DNA from: Thiomicrorhabdus sp.
GTDB taxonomy: Bacteria; Pseudomonadota; Gammaproteobacteria; Thiomicrospirales; Thiomicrospiraceae
Direction of reading: 5' to 3'
Assembly: GCA_015487015.1 (NCBI GenBank)
Contig: WFQP01000006.1
Span: 2,184 to 66,183 of the forward strand
Length of the DNA stretch: 64,000 nucleotides
Every line of letters begins with the position of its first letter. Within the stretch, counting starts at the first letter, position 1. Of this stretch, positions 39,094-51,652 are shown piece by piece. Both the position numbers and the translations under genes were made by a program. The notes below the pieces were generated by a model, which saw only the letters and a program-made list of their open reading frames with translations, did no database searches and had not been told where the DNA came from.

Positions 39094-40427
39094 AAGGGTC
39101 TTCAGGTCAGCCAACCGTTTTAAACACACGTTTTATTGCGCTTAAAATCAGCTTATCGGTGATTGAACATGGGCGCTCTTTAAGTCAGGCGTTACCAGAA
39201 GGTTTGGCACAGTTTTCAGATCGCCGTGAACGTAATTTTACTCAAAACATGGTGCTGGGGTCGTTACGTTGGCAGGTTCGTTTGGAAGCGATTCGGGATC
39301 GACTGCTTAAAAAGAAATTGAAAGCCAAAGATGAGGATATTAATCAGTTAATTGTGCTGGGATTGTATCAAATTTTGTACATGGATACACCAGAGCATGC
39401 TGCAGTGTCTGAAACAGTAGGAGTGTTACCTAAACTTAAAAAACCTTGGGCCAAAGGGTTGGTCAATGGAATTTTACGAAACTTTTTACGCGAGAAAGAG
39501 GCTATTTGTGCAGAGGTCGATTTAAAGCCAGCGTACCGTTATGCCCATCCTCAGTGGATGGTTCGTACCTTACGAAAAGCCTACCCTGAACAGTGGGAAG
39601 AGGTATTGGTAGCGAATAACCAAATTGCTCCGCTCACTTTGCGTGTGAATGTTCGTTATCAGACTCGTGATGCCTTATTAGCTAAATTAACCGAGGCGGG
39701 CATTGAAGCGATTAAGCATGATGTGGCACCCCAAGGTATCGTTTTGTTACAGAGTGTGGATGTGGCTAGTTTACCTACCTATGAGGAGGGGGGCTTTAGT
39801 GTTCAAGACCCTGCGGCACAACAAGCGGCTAATATTTTAATGCCTCTGGCAGGTGAACGTATTTTGGATGCGTGTGCAGCACCGGGGGGAAAAACCACCC
39901 ATCTATTGGAATTTTCAGATAATCAATCACAGGTTTTTGCGCTTGAAAAAGAGCCCGAACGATTAGAGCGTTTGGCGGAGAACTTGTATCGTTTAGAGCT
40001 TGAAGCGGACTATCAAGCGGGCGATGCTTCGCAACCGAAATCATGGTGGAACGGTGAGTTGTTTGATAAAATTTTATTGGATGCCCCGTGTTCAGCTACA
40101 GGTATTATTCGCCGTCATCCAGACATTAAGTGGCACAGAACAGAAGAGGACATTGAGGCTCTGGTAGCTATTCAAGCGGATATTTTAAAGGCGCTTTGGC
40201 CTTTATTAAAAGAGGGGGGGCAATTATTGTATGCAACGTGTTCGATTTTGCCACAAGAAAATACGTTGCAAATACAACAATTTTTGGTTTCTGAACCCTC
40301 AGCCAAAGAGATTTGTATTGAAGCCGAATGGGGGGTGCGTCAAGAAGGTGCTGGGCGACAAATCTTTCCTGGTTCTTATGGAATGGATGGTTTTTTTTAT
40401 TGTTTGCTTGAAAAAGTGACTGTGTGA
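39090..40427 (+). CDS. rsmB: 16S rRNA m5C967 methyltransferase RsmB
   Basis: NusB-like N-terminus, DACAAPGGKT, DAPCSATG, YATCS. Confidence 0.96.
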   Translation: MKGSSGQPTVLNTRFIALKISLSVIEHGRSLSQALPEGLAQFSDRRERNFTQNMVLGSLRWQVRLEAIRDRLLKKKLKAKDEDINQLIVLGLYQILYMDTPEHAAVSETVGVLPKLKKPWAKGLVNGILRNFLREKEAICAEVDLKPAYRYAHPQWMVRTLRKAYPEQWEEVLVANNQIAPLTLRVNVRYQTRDALLAKLTEAGIEAIKHDVAPQGIVLLQSVDVASLPTYEEGGFSVQDPAAQQAANILMPLAGERILDACAAPGGKTTHLLEFSDNQSQVFALEKEPERLERLAENLYRLELEADYQAGDASQPKSWWNGELFDKILLDAPCSATGIIRRHPDIKWHRTEEDIEALVAIQADILKALWPLLKEGGQLLYATCSILPQENTLQIQQFLVSEPSAKEICIEAEWGVRQEGAGRQIFPGSYGMDGFFYCLLEKVTV

Positions 40428-41011
40428 TGCCATTTTCTCCCCCCCCTTTGTTGGCTCTATGTTTGTTTCTTTTGAGTTATTCTAATTTTGCTTTTTCTAA
40501 AAACGCCATTCACTTTTCGTATTTAAAAGAGGTGTTTCAAAATGAACAACTGGCTTTGAATGCGGTGGTGGATTTTAAGCTGCCTGAACAAGTGCTAGAT
40601 GCCATTCAACATGATATTCCTATTTTATTTAAAACAGAAATTGTGCTTTTTGAGAAACGTGATTTTTTTGGTTTTCAAATTGAACAGACTCAAAAAAAAA
40701 TTGAATATTATACGGAGCTGTATGCGTATGGCGTGAATCGGTATTATGTTTTATATAACCACCGAAACCATAAACGACAAACTTTTCCAACGCTTAAAAA
40801 TGCATTGCAAACATTAGGTACCTTGCAGGCGCTTCCTGTTGTAAACCAGTCGGTACTGGATCCAGAGAAACACTATTTTTTTAAAATACGTATTTCTCTG
40901 GATAAATGGAAACTTCCCCCCCCCTTATTTATTGAAGCGTTGATTGAGACGTATTGGCAATTGGACAGCGATTGGCAAGAAATTACTATACAACTTCCAA
41001 AAAGTGGGTAA
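40424..41011 (+). CDS. DUF4390 family exported protein
   Basis: Signal peptide, LD..KLPPPL...W motif, conserved position between rsmB and the NtrY-like kinase. Confidence 0.8.
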   Translation: MMPFSPPPLLALCLFLLSYSNFAFSKNAIHFSYLKEVFQNEQLALNAVVDFKLPEQVLDAIQHDIPILFKTEIVLFEKRDFFGFQIEQTQKKIEYYTELYAYGVNRYYVLYNHRNHKRQTFPTLKNALQTLGTLQALPVVNQSVLDPEKHYFFKIRISLDKWKLPPPLFIEALIETYWQLDSDWQEITIQLPKSG

Positions 41012-41017
41012 TCCATT

Positions 41018-43228
41018 ATGCACTCTGGTTCTTGGACATTTTTAAAACAGTACGGTTGGATCACGTTAATCTCGAGTGTTTTGATGATATCTCTGGTGAT
41101 TATGAGCCAGATTTTACAAAATGCATCGAGTTTTGCTGACACCTACTCTTCTCTGTTATTTTTTACCCTTGCAGGTATTGGGGTGGTGCTCTTTGTGTTA
41201 TTTAAAACACTTTGGACTCTCCGAAAACAGTACAAACGAAAAACACCTGGTATTAAGATTACCCTTCGATTAACACTCGCTTCTACGTTAATGATTGGTA
41301 TTCCGACAGCGATTATTTTTTATTTTTCATTGATGTTTATTCAGCAAGGTATTAATCAGTGGTTTGATGTGAAAACAGAAACGGCACTTGCTAATGCATC
41401 GGCGTTAGTACGAATGTCGTTGGATAACAGTACTCGAGATCGCTTAAAGCTGACACAGGCGATGGTGAATGAAAAAGGGATTTTATTAGCTACTTCGCCT
41501 GTGATTGAGGTGAACCGTTTGCGCAGTTTATTGGATGCACAAGAGGTGGCTCTGTACCACTCTAATCAGCAGTTAATTGCATTTAGTAGTGAAGAAGATA
41601 TGAATATCTTACCTGAAGCACCTGGGGCTAACTTGTTTCAACAAATTCGTCAGAAAAAAACCTATGCAGCGGTTGAGACACGCGCGGGTTTGACCTCTGA
41701 TGATCAATTTATTCGTGTCATTATTCCTTTTTCAGATTTAGATTTTTCTGGAACCTATGCATTACAAGTCATCTTTTTAATTCCACAATCGATGACAGTT
41801 TTGGCAGAATCTGTGACGGCAGCTTCGGCTCAATATAAAGAACTTTCGTATTTAAAAGGGCCTTTGATTACTAGTTTTACCTTGATTTTATCGATGGTAT
41901 TTTTATTGACCTTGGTAACAGCCATTTTATTTACTATTAAGGCGGTACAAAATTTTACCAAACCAATTCAAACGCTTGCACGAGGTACACGTGCAGTTTC
42001 GAAAGGGGACTACAGTGTTAAAATGCCGATTAAAGAGAGTGATGAATTTGGGGATTTAACACAGTCGTTTAACGATATGATTCAGCGTATTTCTCAAGCT
42101 AGAAATGAGATCAAATTAGGGCATCAACAGACGGAAGTTCAAAAACTGTATTTGCAGGCAATTATTAAAAACTTAACCAGTGGTGTTTTAACCTTGGATA
42201 TGAATTTGCGAATACGCACCAGTAATGATGTGGCGAATCAAATTTTTAATACGGAGTTTTCAAACTATACTGGACAGCATTTTGATCACTTGCTGTATCA
42301 AGATAAGAGCTTACCTAGATTGGTGGAGTTTTTTTCTCATATTTCGCCTTTATTAAAGCAAGATGCTAAATCATGGAGTTTGCAATATGAATTTTCCTCT
42401 CAGTATGGACAAAAAATATTGATGATTCACGGTTCAACACTTCCAAGTATGGATAAAAAAATTGGGGGGTATGTCATTGTTATTGATGATATTACTGAAT
42501 TAGTTCAAGCTCAATTGAATGCCGCATGGAGTGATGTGGCACGTCGTTTAGCGCATGAAATTAAAAACCCACTCACCCCTATTCAACTCTCTGCAGAACG
42601 TTTAAATTTTAAGTTGGACAGTGAGCTTGAGGGGGAAAATAGAGCATTATTAGAGCGAATGACGCATACGATCATTGAACAGGTGGCCACGATGAAAAAC
42701 TTGGTTCAGGCCTTTTCGGATTATGCGAATACGCCCGAGGTACTATTGGAAGAGACAAACCTTAATCGATTGATTACAGACATTGCTGTGATGTATCAAG
42801 ACCCTGTGGCTAAGTGGACATTAACATTGGATTTGATGGATCATTGTCCAATGGTATTGGCAGATAAAGCACGTTTACGTCAGTTGTTTCATAATTTAAT
42901 TAAAAATGCGATTGAGGCAACAGAAAATACTATTTTGCCTAACATTCAAATTAAGACCTATTGTGATGACCAAGAGAACTTTATGGTTCAGGTATCAGAT
43001 AATGGTCCAGGCATTGCAGAAGAGGCTCAAAAGTGGATTTTTGAGCCTTATGCAACAGATAAACCAAAAGGGTCTGGTTTGGGATTAGCGATTGTTCGTA
43101 AAATAGTGGAAGAGCATCATGGTCATATCTCTTTAAATTCGACACCGGATTCTGATACCTGTTTTATAATTAGATTTCCCTGCATGACACCGAGTACAAA
43201 CACAACCAACACCAATACGGACACATAA
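41018..43228 (+). CDS. NtrY-like sensor histidine kinase (HAMP-PAS-HisKA-HATPase)
   Basis: AWSDVARRLAHEIKNPLTPIQLSAERL, NLIKNA, DNGPG, GSGLGL. Confidence 0.92.
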   Translation: MHSGSWTFLKQYGWITLISSVLMISLVIMSQILQNASSFADTYSSLLFFTLAGIGVVLFVLFKTLWTLRKQYKRKTPGIKITLRLTLASTLMIGIPTAIIFYFSLMFIQQGINQWFDVKTETALANASALVRMSLDNSTRDRLKLTQAMVNEKGILLATSPVIEVNRLRSLLDAQEVALYHSNQQLIAFSSEEDMNILPEAPGANLFQQIRQKKTYAAVETRAGLTSDDQFIRVIIPFSDLDFSGTYALQVIFLIPQSMTVLAESVTAASAQYKELSYLKGPLITSFTLILSMVFLLTLVTAILFTIKAVQNFTKPIQTLARGTRAVSKGDYSVKMPIKESDEFGDLTQSFNDMIQRISQARNEIKLGHQQTEVQKLYLQAIIKNLTSGVLTLDMNLRIRTSNDVANQIFNTEFSNYTGQHFDHLLYQDKSLPRLVEFFSHISPLLKQDAKSWSLQYEFSSQYGQKILMIHGSTLPSMDKKIGGYVIVIDDITELVQAQLNAAWSDVARRLAHEIKNPLTPIQLSAERLNFKLDSELEGENRALLERMTHTIIEQVATMKNLVQAFSDYANTPEVLLEETNLNRLITDIAVMYQDPVAKWTLTLDLMDHCPMVLADKARLRQLFHNLIKNAIEATENTILPNIQIKTYCDDQENFMVQVSDNGPGIAEEAQKWIFEPYATDKPKGSGLGLAIVRKIVEEHHGHISLNSTPDSDTCFIIRFPCMTPSTNTTNTNTDT

Positions 43229-43233
43229 GGCGA

Positions 43234-44577
43234 ATGCAAAAACCCAGTAAGTTATTAATTGTGGATGATGAAAAAGACATCCGAAATTTAATGCAAGAAA
43301 TCTTTGAAGAAGAAGGTTATCAGGTAGAAACTGCTGCCAATGGCATTCAGGCACAAAAAGCATGGCGTAAACGTTTACCTGATGTTATTTTTTTAGATGT
43401 TTGGATGCCTGATATTGATGGTATTTCATTGTTAAAAGACATGCAAAAAGAGCATGTTCTTGACCATGCGAAAGTCGTGATGATGTCTGGGCATGGTACG
43501 ATTGAAACGGCGATTGAAGCGACTAAGTTAGGGGCGTATGATTTCTTAGAAAAACCACTCTCTCTTGCAAAATTAATTGTAACGGCTGAACGAGCGATTG
43601 AACATGGACGGTTGCATCAAGAAAATCGACAATTGAAACAAAAGCAGCCTGATCAAGTGTTACCGATTGGTAAAAGCAAGGTGATGGTGCAATTGAGAGA
43701 GACGATTGAACGTTTGTCTAAATTTACCATGCCGATTTTAATTACAGGTGAGTCGGGAAGTGGGCGACGACATCTTGCTAAAGCGCTTCATAAAACGGGC
43801 ATACGGAAAGCGTTTGCACTGATAGAAATTTCGGCTGTAGATTTGAATCGTTATATGTTGGAAGAGAACTATCTTCAGTTGAATAACCTAATGAGAGAGG
43901 CGGATAATGGAACCTTAGTGGTGTCTCACTTGGAGCAGCTGAGCGCGGAGTCTCAAAATGTATTGGCCGATCTGATTCAATATCAACGTTATCAACCGAA
44001 GGCTTCGCTGGAGGAGGTTACGTTAGACATTCGTATTATTGGGTTGTCAAAAGGGGCTTTAGAGCATCATGTATTGCATGGTGCATTTAGAGAGGATCTT
44101 TATCAGCGGTTAAAGGTGATGCCGATTGATATTCCTGCTTTGCGTCAGCATACGGAGGACATTCCTGAATTGGTGGACTACTTTGTAGACTACTTTGTGA
44201 CCCGAGAGGGGTTAGAATATCGACATTTTTCGGTTCCTGCACAAAATGCATTGCGCCAATATGGTTGGCCAGGTAACCTAAAAGAGTTACAAAATTTAAT
44301 TCAGCGTTTGCTAATTTTAGGCAACGGTGAGGTAACTGATGCTGAAATCAAAAATGTACTCATTAAAACAGTGAATACAGCGGAATCTAGCTCTTCTATT
44401 GATACTACGGTGCTGTTAAAAGAGGCTAAGGATCGTTTGGAAGCGTCTTATTTAAGCCAGTTATTACGAGAGACAGGGGGAAATGTATCTGAAACAGCTA
44501 AGCGTTCAGGTATTGACCGAACCAACCTGTATCGAAAACTTAAAAGCTTAGGCATTGACCCTAAAAACCCAGTTTAA
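43234..44577 (+). CDS. NtrX-like response regulator (REC, degenerate AAA+, Fis HTH)
   Basis: LIVDDE, LDVWMP, MSGHG, EKP; WPGN; GGNVSETA...DRTNLYRKL. Confidence 0.9.
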   Translation: MQKPSKLLIVDDEKDIRNLMQEIFEEEGYQVETAANGIQAQKAWRKRLPDVIFLDVWMPDIDGISLLKDMQKEHVLDHAKVVMMSGHGTIETAIEATKLGAYDFLEKPLSLAKLIVTAERAIEHGRLHQENRQLKQKQPDQVLPIGKSKVMVQLRETIERLSKFTMPILITGESGSGRRHLAKALHKTGIRKAFALIEISAVDLNRYMLEENYLQLNNLMREADNGTLVVSHLEQLSAESQNVLADLIQYQRYQPKASLEEVTLDIRIIGLSKGALEHHVLHGAFREDLYQRLKVMPIDIPALRQHTEDIPELVDYFVDYFVTREGLEYRHFSVPAQNALRQYGWPGNLKELQNLIQRLLILGNGEVTDAEIKNVLIKTVNTAESSSSIDTTVLLKEAKDRLEASYLSQLLRETGGNVSETAKRSGIDRTNLYRKLKSLGIDPKNPV

Positions 44578-44592
44578 TGAGGGGATAAACAG

Positions 44593-45990
44593 ATGAATAT
44601 TGTTATTTTAGGGGCAGGACAAGTGGGCTCTTCGTTGGCGGAGTTGTTGGCTTATGAAAACCACAATGTCACTGTTGTGGATTTAGATCGTCTGCGTTTG
44701 CAACGTTTGCAAGACCGTTTGGATATTCGAACGATTTGTGGCCATGCTTCGCACCCTGATGTTTTGTCGCAAACAGGTTTAGATGGCGCTGACTTGCTCA
44801 TTGCGGCGACTCAGAATGATGAAACCAATATATTGGCATGTCAAATTGCACATATAAATCACAAGGCCGTTACTAAAATTGCTCGGGTTCGAAGTCAATC
44901 GTATTTAGATCACCCTGAGTTGTTTAATCGTGATGCGGAGGCGGGTTGTGTGCCGATTGATGTGTTAATCAGTCCTGAAAGTTTAGTAAAAGATTATATT
45001 TTACAGTTGATTGATTATCCAGGGTCTTTGCAGGTGATTAACTTTGCGCAAGGCAAGGTTCGGTTAGTGGCGGTTAGGGCTGAAGAGAGTGGTCTATTAG
45101 TTAATAAAAAAATAGGATTGATTAAGGAACACTTACCTGAAAATATTAAAACTCGAATTGTCGCTATCTATCGCAAAGATGAAATTGTGATGCCAACCGC
45201 GGATGTAGTGATAAAAGAAGAAGATGAAGTGTTTTTTTTGGCAAAATCAGAGCATATTTCAACCATTGTTTCGGAGTTAAGACGTCGTAAAATAAGACCT
45301 TCACGTAATATTATGATTGGGGGGGGGGGAAATATTGGGTTTAGTTTGGCGCAAGCGCTTGAAAAAGCCCACCAAGTTAAACTGATTGACCGTAGCATTC
45401 AACAAGCTCGACAAAATGCTGAAATTTTAGAAAAAACCATTATTATTCATGGTGATGTCTCAGATAAAGACCTGCTTCTTGAAGAAAATATTGATGATAT
45501 TGATCTGTTTATTGCGGTGACCAATAATGATGAAGCCAATATTATTTCAGGCATGTTAGCGAAAAAACTGGGTGTTAAGCGGGTGATTGCTCTGGTGAAT
45601 AACCAATCGTATGTTGAGTTGATTCAGCGTAATAGTATTGATGTGGCGATTTCAGCGGACAGCATTACCACCAGTCATTTATTGCACTATATGCGTGAAG
45701 GCGATACGGTTAAAGCGGCCGCATTACGTCGTGGTACGGCTGAAGCGATGGAAGTGGTGGCACACGGCAGTGAAAACAGCTCTGATATCATAGGGAAACA
45801 AATCGGAGATATTCCTTGGCCTAAAGACATTACGATTGGCTGTATTATTCGTGATGAAGAGGTGTTGATTGCACATCGAAATTTGGTGATTGAAGCAGAA
45901 GATCACGCTATTTTATTTGTTTCGGATACCAGCAGTGCCGCAGAGGTTTTGCAGTTATTTTCTCCAGAGGTTAAGAAAAGTTGGTTTTAA
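44593..45990 (+). CDS. trkA: Trk potassium uptake NAD-binding subunit TrkA
   Basis: GAGQVG and GGGNIG Rossmann motifs, two RCK domains. Confidence 0.95.
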   Translation: MNIVILGAGQVGSSLAELLAYENHNVTVVDLDRLRLQRLQDRLDIRTICGHASHPDVLSQTGLDGADLLIAATQNDETNILACQIAHINHKAVTKIARVRSQSYLDHPELFNRDAEAGCVPIDVLISPESLVKDYILQLIDYPGSLQVINFAQGKVRLVAVRAEESGLLVNKKIGLIKEHLPENIKTRIVAIYRKDEIVMPTADVVIKEEDEVFFLAKSEHISTIVSELRRRKIRPSRNIMIGGGGNIGFSLAQALEKAHQVKLIDRSIQQARQNAEILEKTIIIHGDVSDKDLLLEENIDDIDLFIAVTNNDEANIISGMLAKKLGVKRVIALVNNQSYVELIQRNSIDVAISADSITTSHLLHYMREGDTVKAAALRRGTAEAMEVVAHGSENSSDIIGKQIGDIPWPKDITIGCIIRDEEVLIAHRNLVIEAEDHAILFVSDTSSAAEVLQLFSPEVKKSWF

Positions 45991-45993
45991 TCG

Positions 45994-47448
45994 ATGCACT
46001 CTAAAATTATATTAAAAGTACTGGGCTTGCTGTTGATGTTATTCAGCTTAAGCCTACTGCCGCCTATTGTCGTTGCTTTGATTTATCAAGATGGTGCCCT
46101 CAGTGAGTTTTTACAGGTTTTAGTGGGGGTTTTAACGCTAGGGTTATTGCTTTGGTATCCTTCTCGAAACCATAAACGAGATTTAAAAATTCGGGATGGA
46201 TTTTTAATTGTCGTCATGTTTTGGACGGTGTTAGGGTTTGTGGGTGCGATTCCTTTTTATTTGCTCGAACAGTTGGGTCCTTTAAGTCTAACAGATGCTA
46301 TTTTTGAGTCTTTTTCTGGTTTAACGACAACGGGTGCAACCGTTATTACAGGTTTAGACAGTTTACCCCATGCTATTTTATGGTATCGCCAGCAGTTGCA
46401 ATGGATGGGGGGAATGGGAATTATTGTATTGGCCGTTGCGATTCTTCCAATGCTCGGAGTTGGGGGGATGCAGCTCTATCGTGCAGAAACGCCTGGCCCG
46501 ATGAAAGACTCTAAAATTGCCCCACGAATTTCAGAAACAGCTAAAGCACTTTGGTACATTTATGCAGGGTTAACCTTGGCATGTGCTGGAGCCTATTGGC
46601 TGGCTGGAATGGATGTGTTTGATGCTTTTAGTCACAGTTTTTCAACGGTGGCGATAGGAGGCTTTTCTACCCATGATGCCAGCATAGGTTATTTTGATAG
46701 TATTGCTATTGAGGGGGTTGCAATATTTTTTATGTTTTTGGCTGGTATTAATTTTGCCTTACATTTTAGTGCATTTAGGCAGTTTAATGGTTTTGCATAT
46801 TTTAAAGACCCAGAGTTTAAAGCGTATTTGGGGATACTCATTGCGGGTGTGGTCATTGCAACGCTTTACTTGTTCTATCAACAGGTCTACCCTACGTTTG
46901 AAGAGGCGTTACGTTATGGACTGTTTCAAACCGTTTCGATCGCAACCACAACGGGGTTTGCCAATGCAGATTTTTCAGCTTGGCCTGCTTTTTTACCTTT
47001 TATGTTGATTTTTATGAGTTTTATTGGGGGGTGTGCAGGTTCTACGGCCGGTGGTATGAAAATGATTCGTTTTGTTTTGCTTTTTAAGCAAGGCATGCGA
47101 GAGATTAAAGGGTTGTTGCATCCAAATGCTATTTTGCCCGTTAAGCTGAATGGTAAAAGTATTCCTGAAAAAGTAATGACCGCTGTTTGGGGCTTTTTTG
47201 CAGTGTATGTATTTACGTTTGCAGTATTAATGTTGGCGATTATGGCTCTCGGCGTGGATGAGGTGACGGCTTTTTCATCCATTGCAGCCATGATGAATAA
47301 TTTAGGTCCTGGATTGGGGGAGGTTTCTGAAAATTTTCAGTCCATGAGTGACCCTGTTAAGTGGATTTTAACTTTTGCTATGCTGTTGGGACGACTTGAA
47401 ATTTTTACATTGTTAGTTTTGTTTACAGCAGCTTTTTGGCGTAAATAA
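45994..47448 (+). CDS. trkH: Trk potassium uptake membrane protein TrkH
   Basis: SGLTTTGAT, GGMGII, IGGFST, TTTGF, GGCAGSTAGG, GRLEIF. Confidence 0.96.
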   Translation: MHSKIILKVLGLLLMLFSLSLLPPIVVALIYQDGALSEFLQVLVGVLTLGLLLWYPSRNHKRDLKIRDGFLIVVMFWTVLGFVGAIPFYLLEQLGPLSLTDAIFESFSGLTTTGATVITGLDSLPHAILWYRQQLQWMGGMGIIVLAVAILPMLGVGGMQLYRAETPGPMKDSKIAPRISETAKALWYIYAGLTLACAGAYWLAGMDVFDAFSHSFSTVAIGGFSTHDASIGYFDSIAIEGVAIFFMFLAGINFALHFSAFRQFNGFAYFKDPEFKAYLGILIAGVVIATLYLFYQQVYPTFEEALRYGLFQTVSIATTTGFANADFSAWPAFLPFMLIFMSFIGGCAGSTAGGMKMIRFVLLFKQGMREIKGLLHPNAILPVKLNGKSIPEKVMTAVWGFFAVYVFTFAVLMLAIMALGVDEVTAFSSIAAMMNNLGPGLGEVSENFQSMSDPVKWILTFAMLLGRLEIFTLLVLFTAAFWRK

Positions 47449-47487
47449 AGTAGGAAGAGTGAATAATTTTTATATATTTTTTAAGTG

Positions 47488-47517
47488 AAAAAAAACCCGC
47501 TAGAAGCGGGTTTTTTT
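47488..47517. terminator. Bidirectional terminator between trkH and prk
   Basis: A8-cccgc-tagaa-gcggg-T7. Confidence 0.88.
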
Positions 47518-47537
47518 GGAATATAATCAGTTATTAA

Positions 47538-48479
47538 CTATTTTTCCAGGGCGGCCATTGCAGCACGTTTTTTAGCAATCAATTTTTGGATAATAGGGGT
47601 CATAATAATATCCATTGCTTTTACCATGTGTGTACCTGAGCAGATCATGGTGTGAGGGTTTTGTAACCAAGCCCCTTCAATTTTATCAACGATGGTTGAA
47701 AGATCAACTTCATCATGGCGAACATGAGTGATGATAAGGGAATCTTCAGGTGCAGGACCCATTGTAGCGGTTTCTGCTTGCGTTGAGAATGGATCAGAAG
47801 TATCTATTAATGGCACACGTTGAAAGTTAACATCGGTACGGTGAAATTGTGGCACGATGTATTCAATGTAGTCATCCATACGCTCCATAATGGTGTCACG
47901 TACTTGAGCAACGGTATAAGGACGCTCAGAGGTATCACGGTAGATCTTTTGCATCCATTCGATGTTGATTACAGGAGCCACACCAATTCCTAGGTCAACG
48001 TGTTGTGCTACATCGTACATACCTTCTTTAGGACCGTGGTCTTTACGCTTAACAGCACCGTGCAGTCCTTCGTAAAATAAAATATCTGTATCTGGCTCAA
48101 TGTCTTCCCAAGGGGTAAATTCACCAGGGCTTAGGTTGGTGCCTAAGCGTGCATTATGTTCAGCGGCTTCTTCTTCACTGTGAAGGTAGTAACGCTTTTT
48201 ACCGGTTGCCGTTTCTTTGTAAGAGGCAAACAGCTCTTCTAGTTTTTGAAATTCATTCGCATGTTCTGAAAAATGAGTCAGAGGCTTGCCACCATCTTTT
48301 TTTGATTCAGCTACTTTTGCACGCATTTCAACACGTGAATACTTATGAAAGCTATCGCCTTCAATAACGGCTACTTTTAATTTTTCGCGTTCAAAAATTG
48401 TTTCTACGGCACGCTTTACAAATGATGTTCCTGCACCAGATGAACCGGTAACGGCGACGATAGGGTGTTGTACTGACAT
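47538..48479 (-). CDS. prkB: Phosphoribulokinase (proteobacterial type)
   Basis: HPIVAVTGSSGAGTS, EGDSFH, YEGLHG, KIYRD, FQRVPLIDTSDPF. Confidence 0.93.
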   Translation of the reverse strand: MSVQHPIVAVTGSSGAGTSFVKRAVETIFEREKLKVAVIEGDSFHKYSRVEMRAKVAESKKDGGKPLTHFSEHANEFQKLEELFASYKETATGKKRYYLHSEEEAAEHNARLGTNLSPGEFTPWEDIEPDTDILFYEGLHGAVKRKDHGPKEGMYDVAQHVDLGIGVAPVINIEWMQKIYRDTSERPYTVAQVRDTIMERMDDYIEYIVPQFHRTDVNFQRVPLIDTSDPFSTQAETATMGPAPEDSLIITHVRHDEVDLSTIVDKIEGAWLQNPHTMICSGTHMVKAMDIIMTPIIQKLIAKKRAAMAALEK

Positions 48480-48549
48480 AAACAGTCTCCTAAAAAGTTA
48501 TGAGTTACCATACTGGTAACGGATTAAATATTAAAATTAAAAACTAATA

Positions 48550-48581
48550 AGACCCTTGAAAACTTGTAAGTTCAAGGGTCT
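48550..48581 (-). terminator. Probable terminator downstream of gyrB
   Basis: agacccttgaa...ttcaagggtct inverted repeat followed by T-rich sequence on the minus strand. Confidence 0.6.
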
Positions 48582-48654
48582 GGTTATATGGATTGACAGT
48601 ATTAAAAACTAAAACTGACTCAATTTCAAAAATATTCTTGAGTTTACCTGTGTT

Positions 48655-51099
<2,445 letters not shown>

Positions 51100-51207
51100 T
51101 TATGGAGACCCGAAAAGATCGAGTCTCAATTGTTTTGAGGGCTAAATTAGACAGCCAATTCTACCATAAATGCAATGCAAATGCAGAGCCGAGAGTGTTG
51201 AGAATCA

Positions 51208-51582
51208 TCAGCCAAACATCCAGCTGGTTGGGTTAGGGATGGGTTGTTGGTCATTGAGGTATTTAAACCCTTTGACACAGCGGATGATAAGCCAAATGGC
51301 ATAAAATAGTAAGATAATCCAACCAATAAGAATAATGGTTAATATGCCTCCAATAATGAGGTATAGCAGGCCTATCCAGAAGGTACGAATTTGAAACTGG
51401 TAGTGTGATTGTAAAAAAGTTGTTTCATCGCTTTTATTTATATAGGCCATGATAACACCGATTAAGGCGGTAAATGGAACGGCAAGGTTAGCTAAGTAAA
51501 GGGCATAAATAATCATAGGAAGGGTGCTGTTACTATTTTTGGGGTATGGGGAGGAATTTGGTATCTTAGTTGGATTATCCAT
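51208..51582 (-). CDS. DUF4870-like small membrane protein
   Basis: GVIMAY, SHYQFQIRTFW, W..IR.VKG motifs. Confidence 0.75.
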   Translation of the reverse strand: MDNPTKIPNSSPYPKNSNSTLPMIIYALYLANLAVPFTALIGVIMAYINKSDETTFLQSHYQFQIRTFWIGLLYLIIGGILTIILIGWIILLFYAIWLIIRCVKGFKYLNDQQPIPNPTSWMFG

Positions 51583-51652
51583 AGAAAAAGGCCTTTTTGA
51601 GCATTAAAAGTTCCATTTGATTTTATCAAAATAATAAAGGATTTAATATGCA

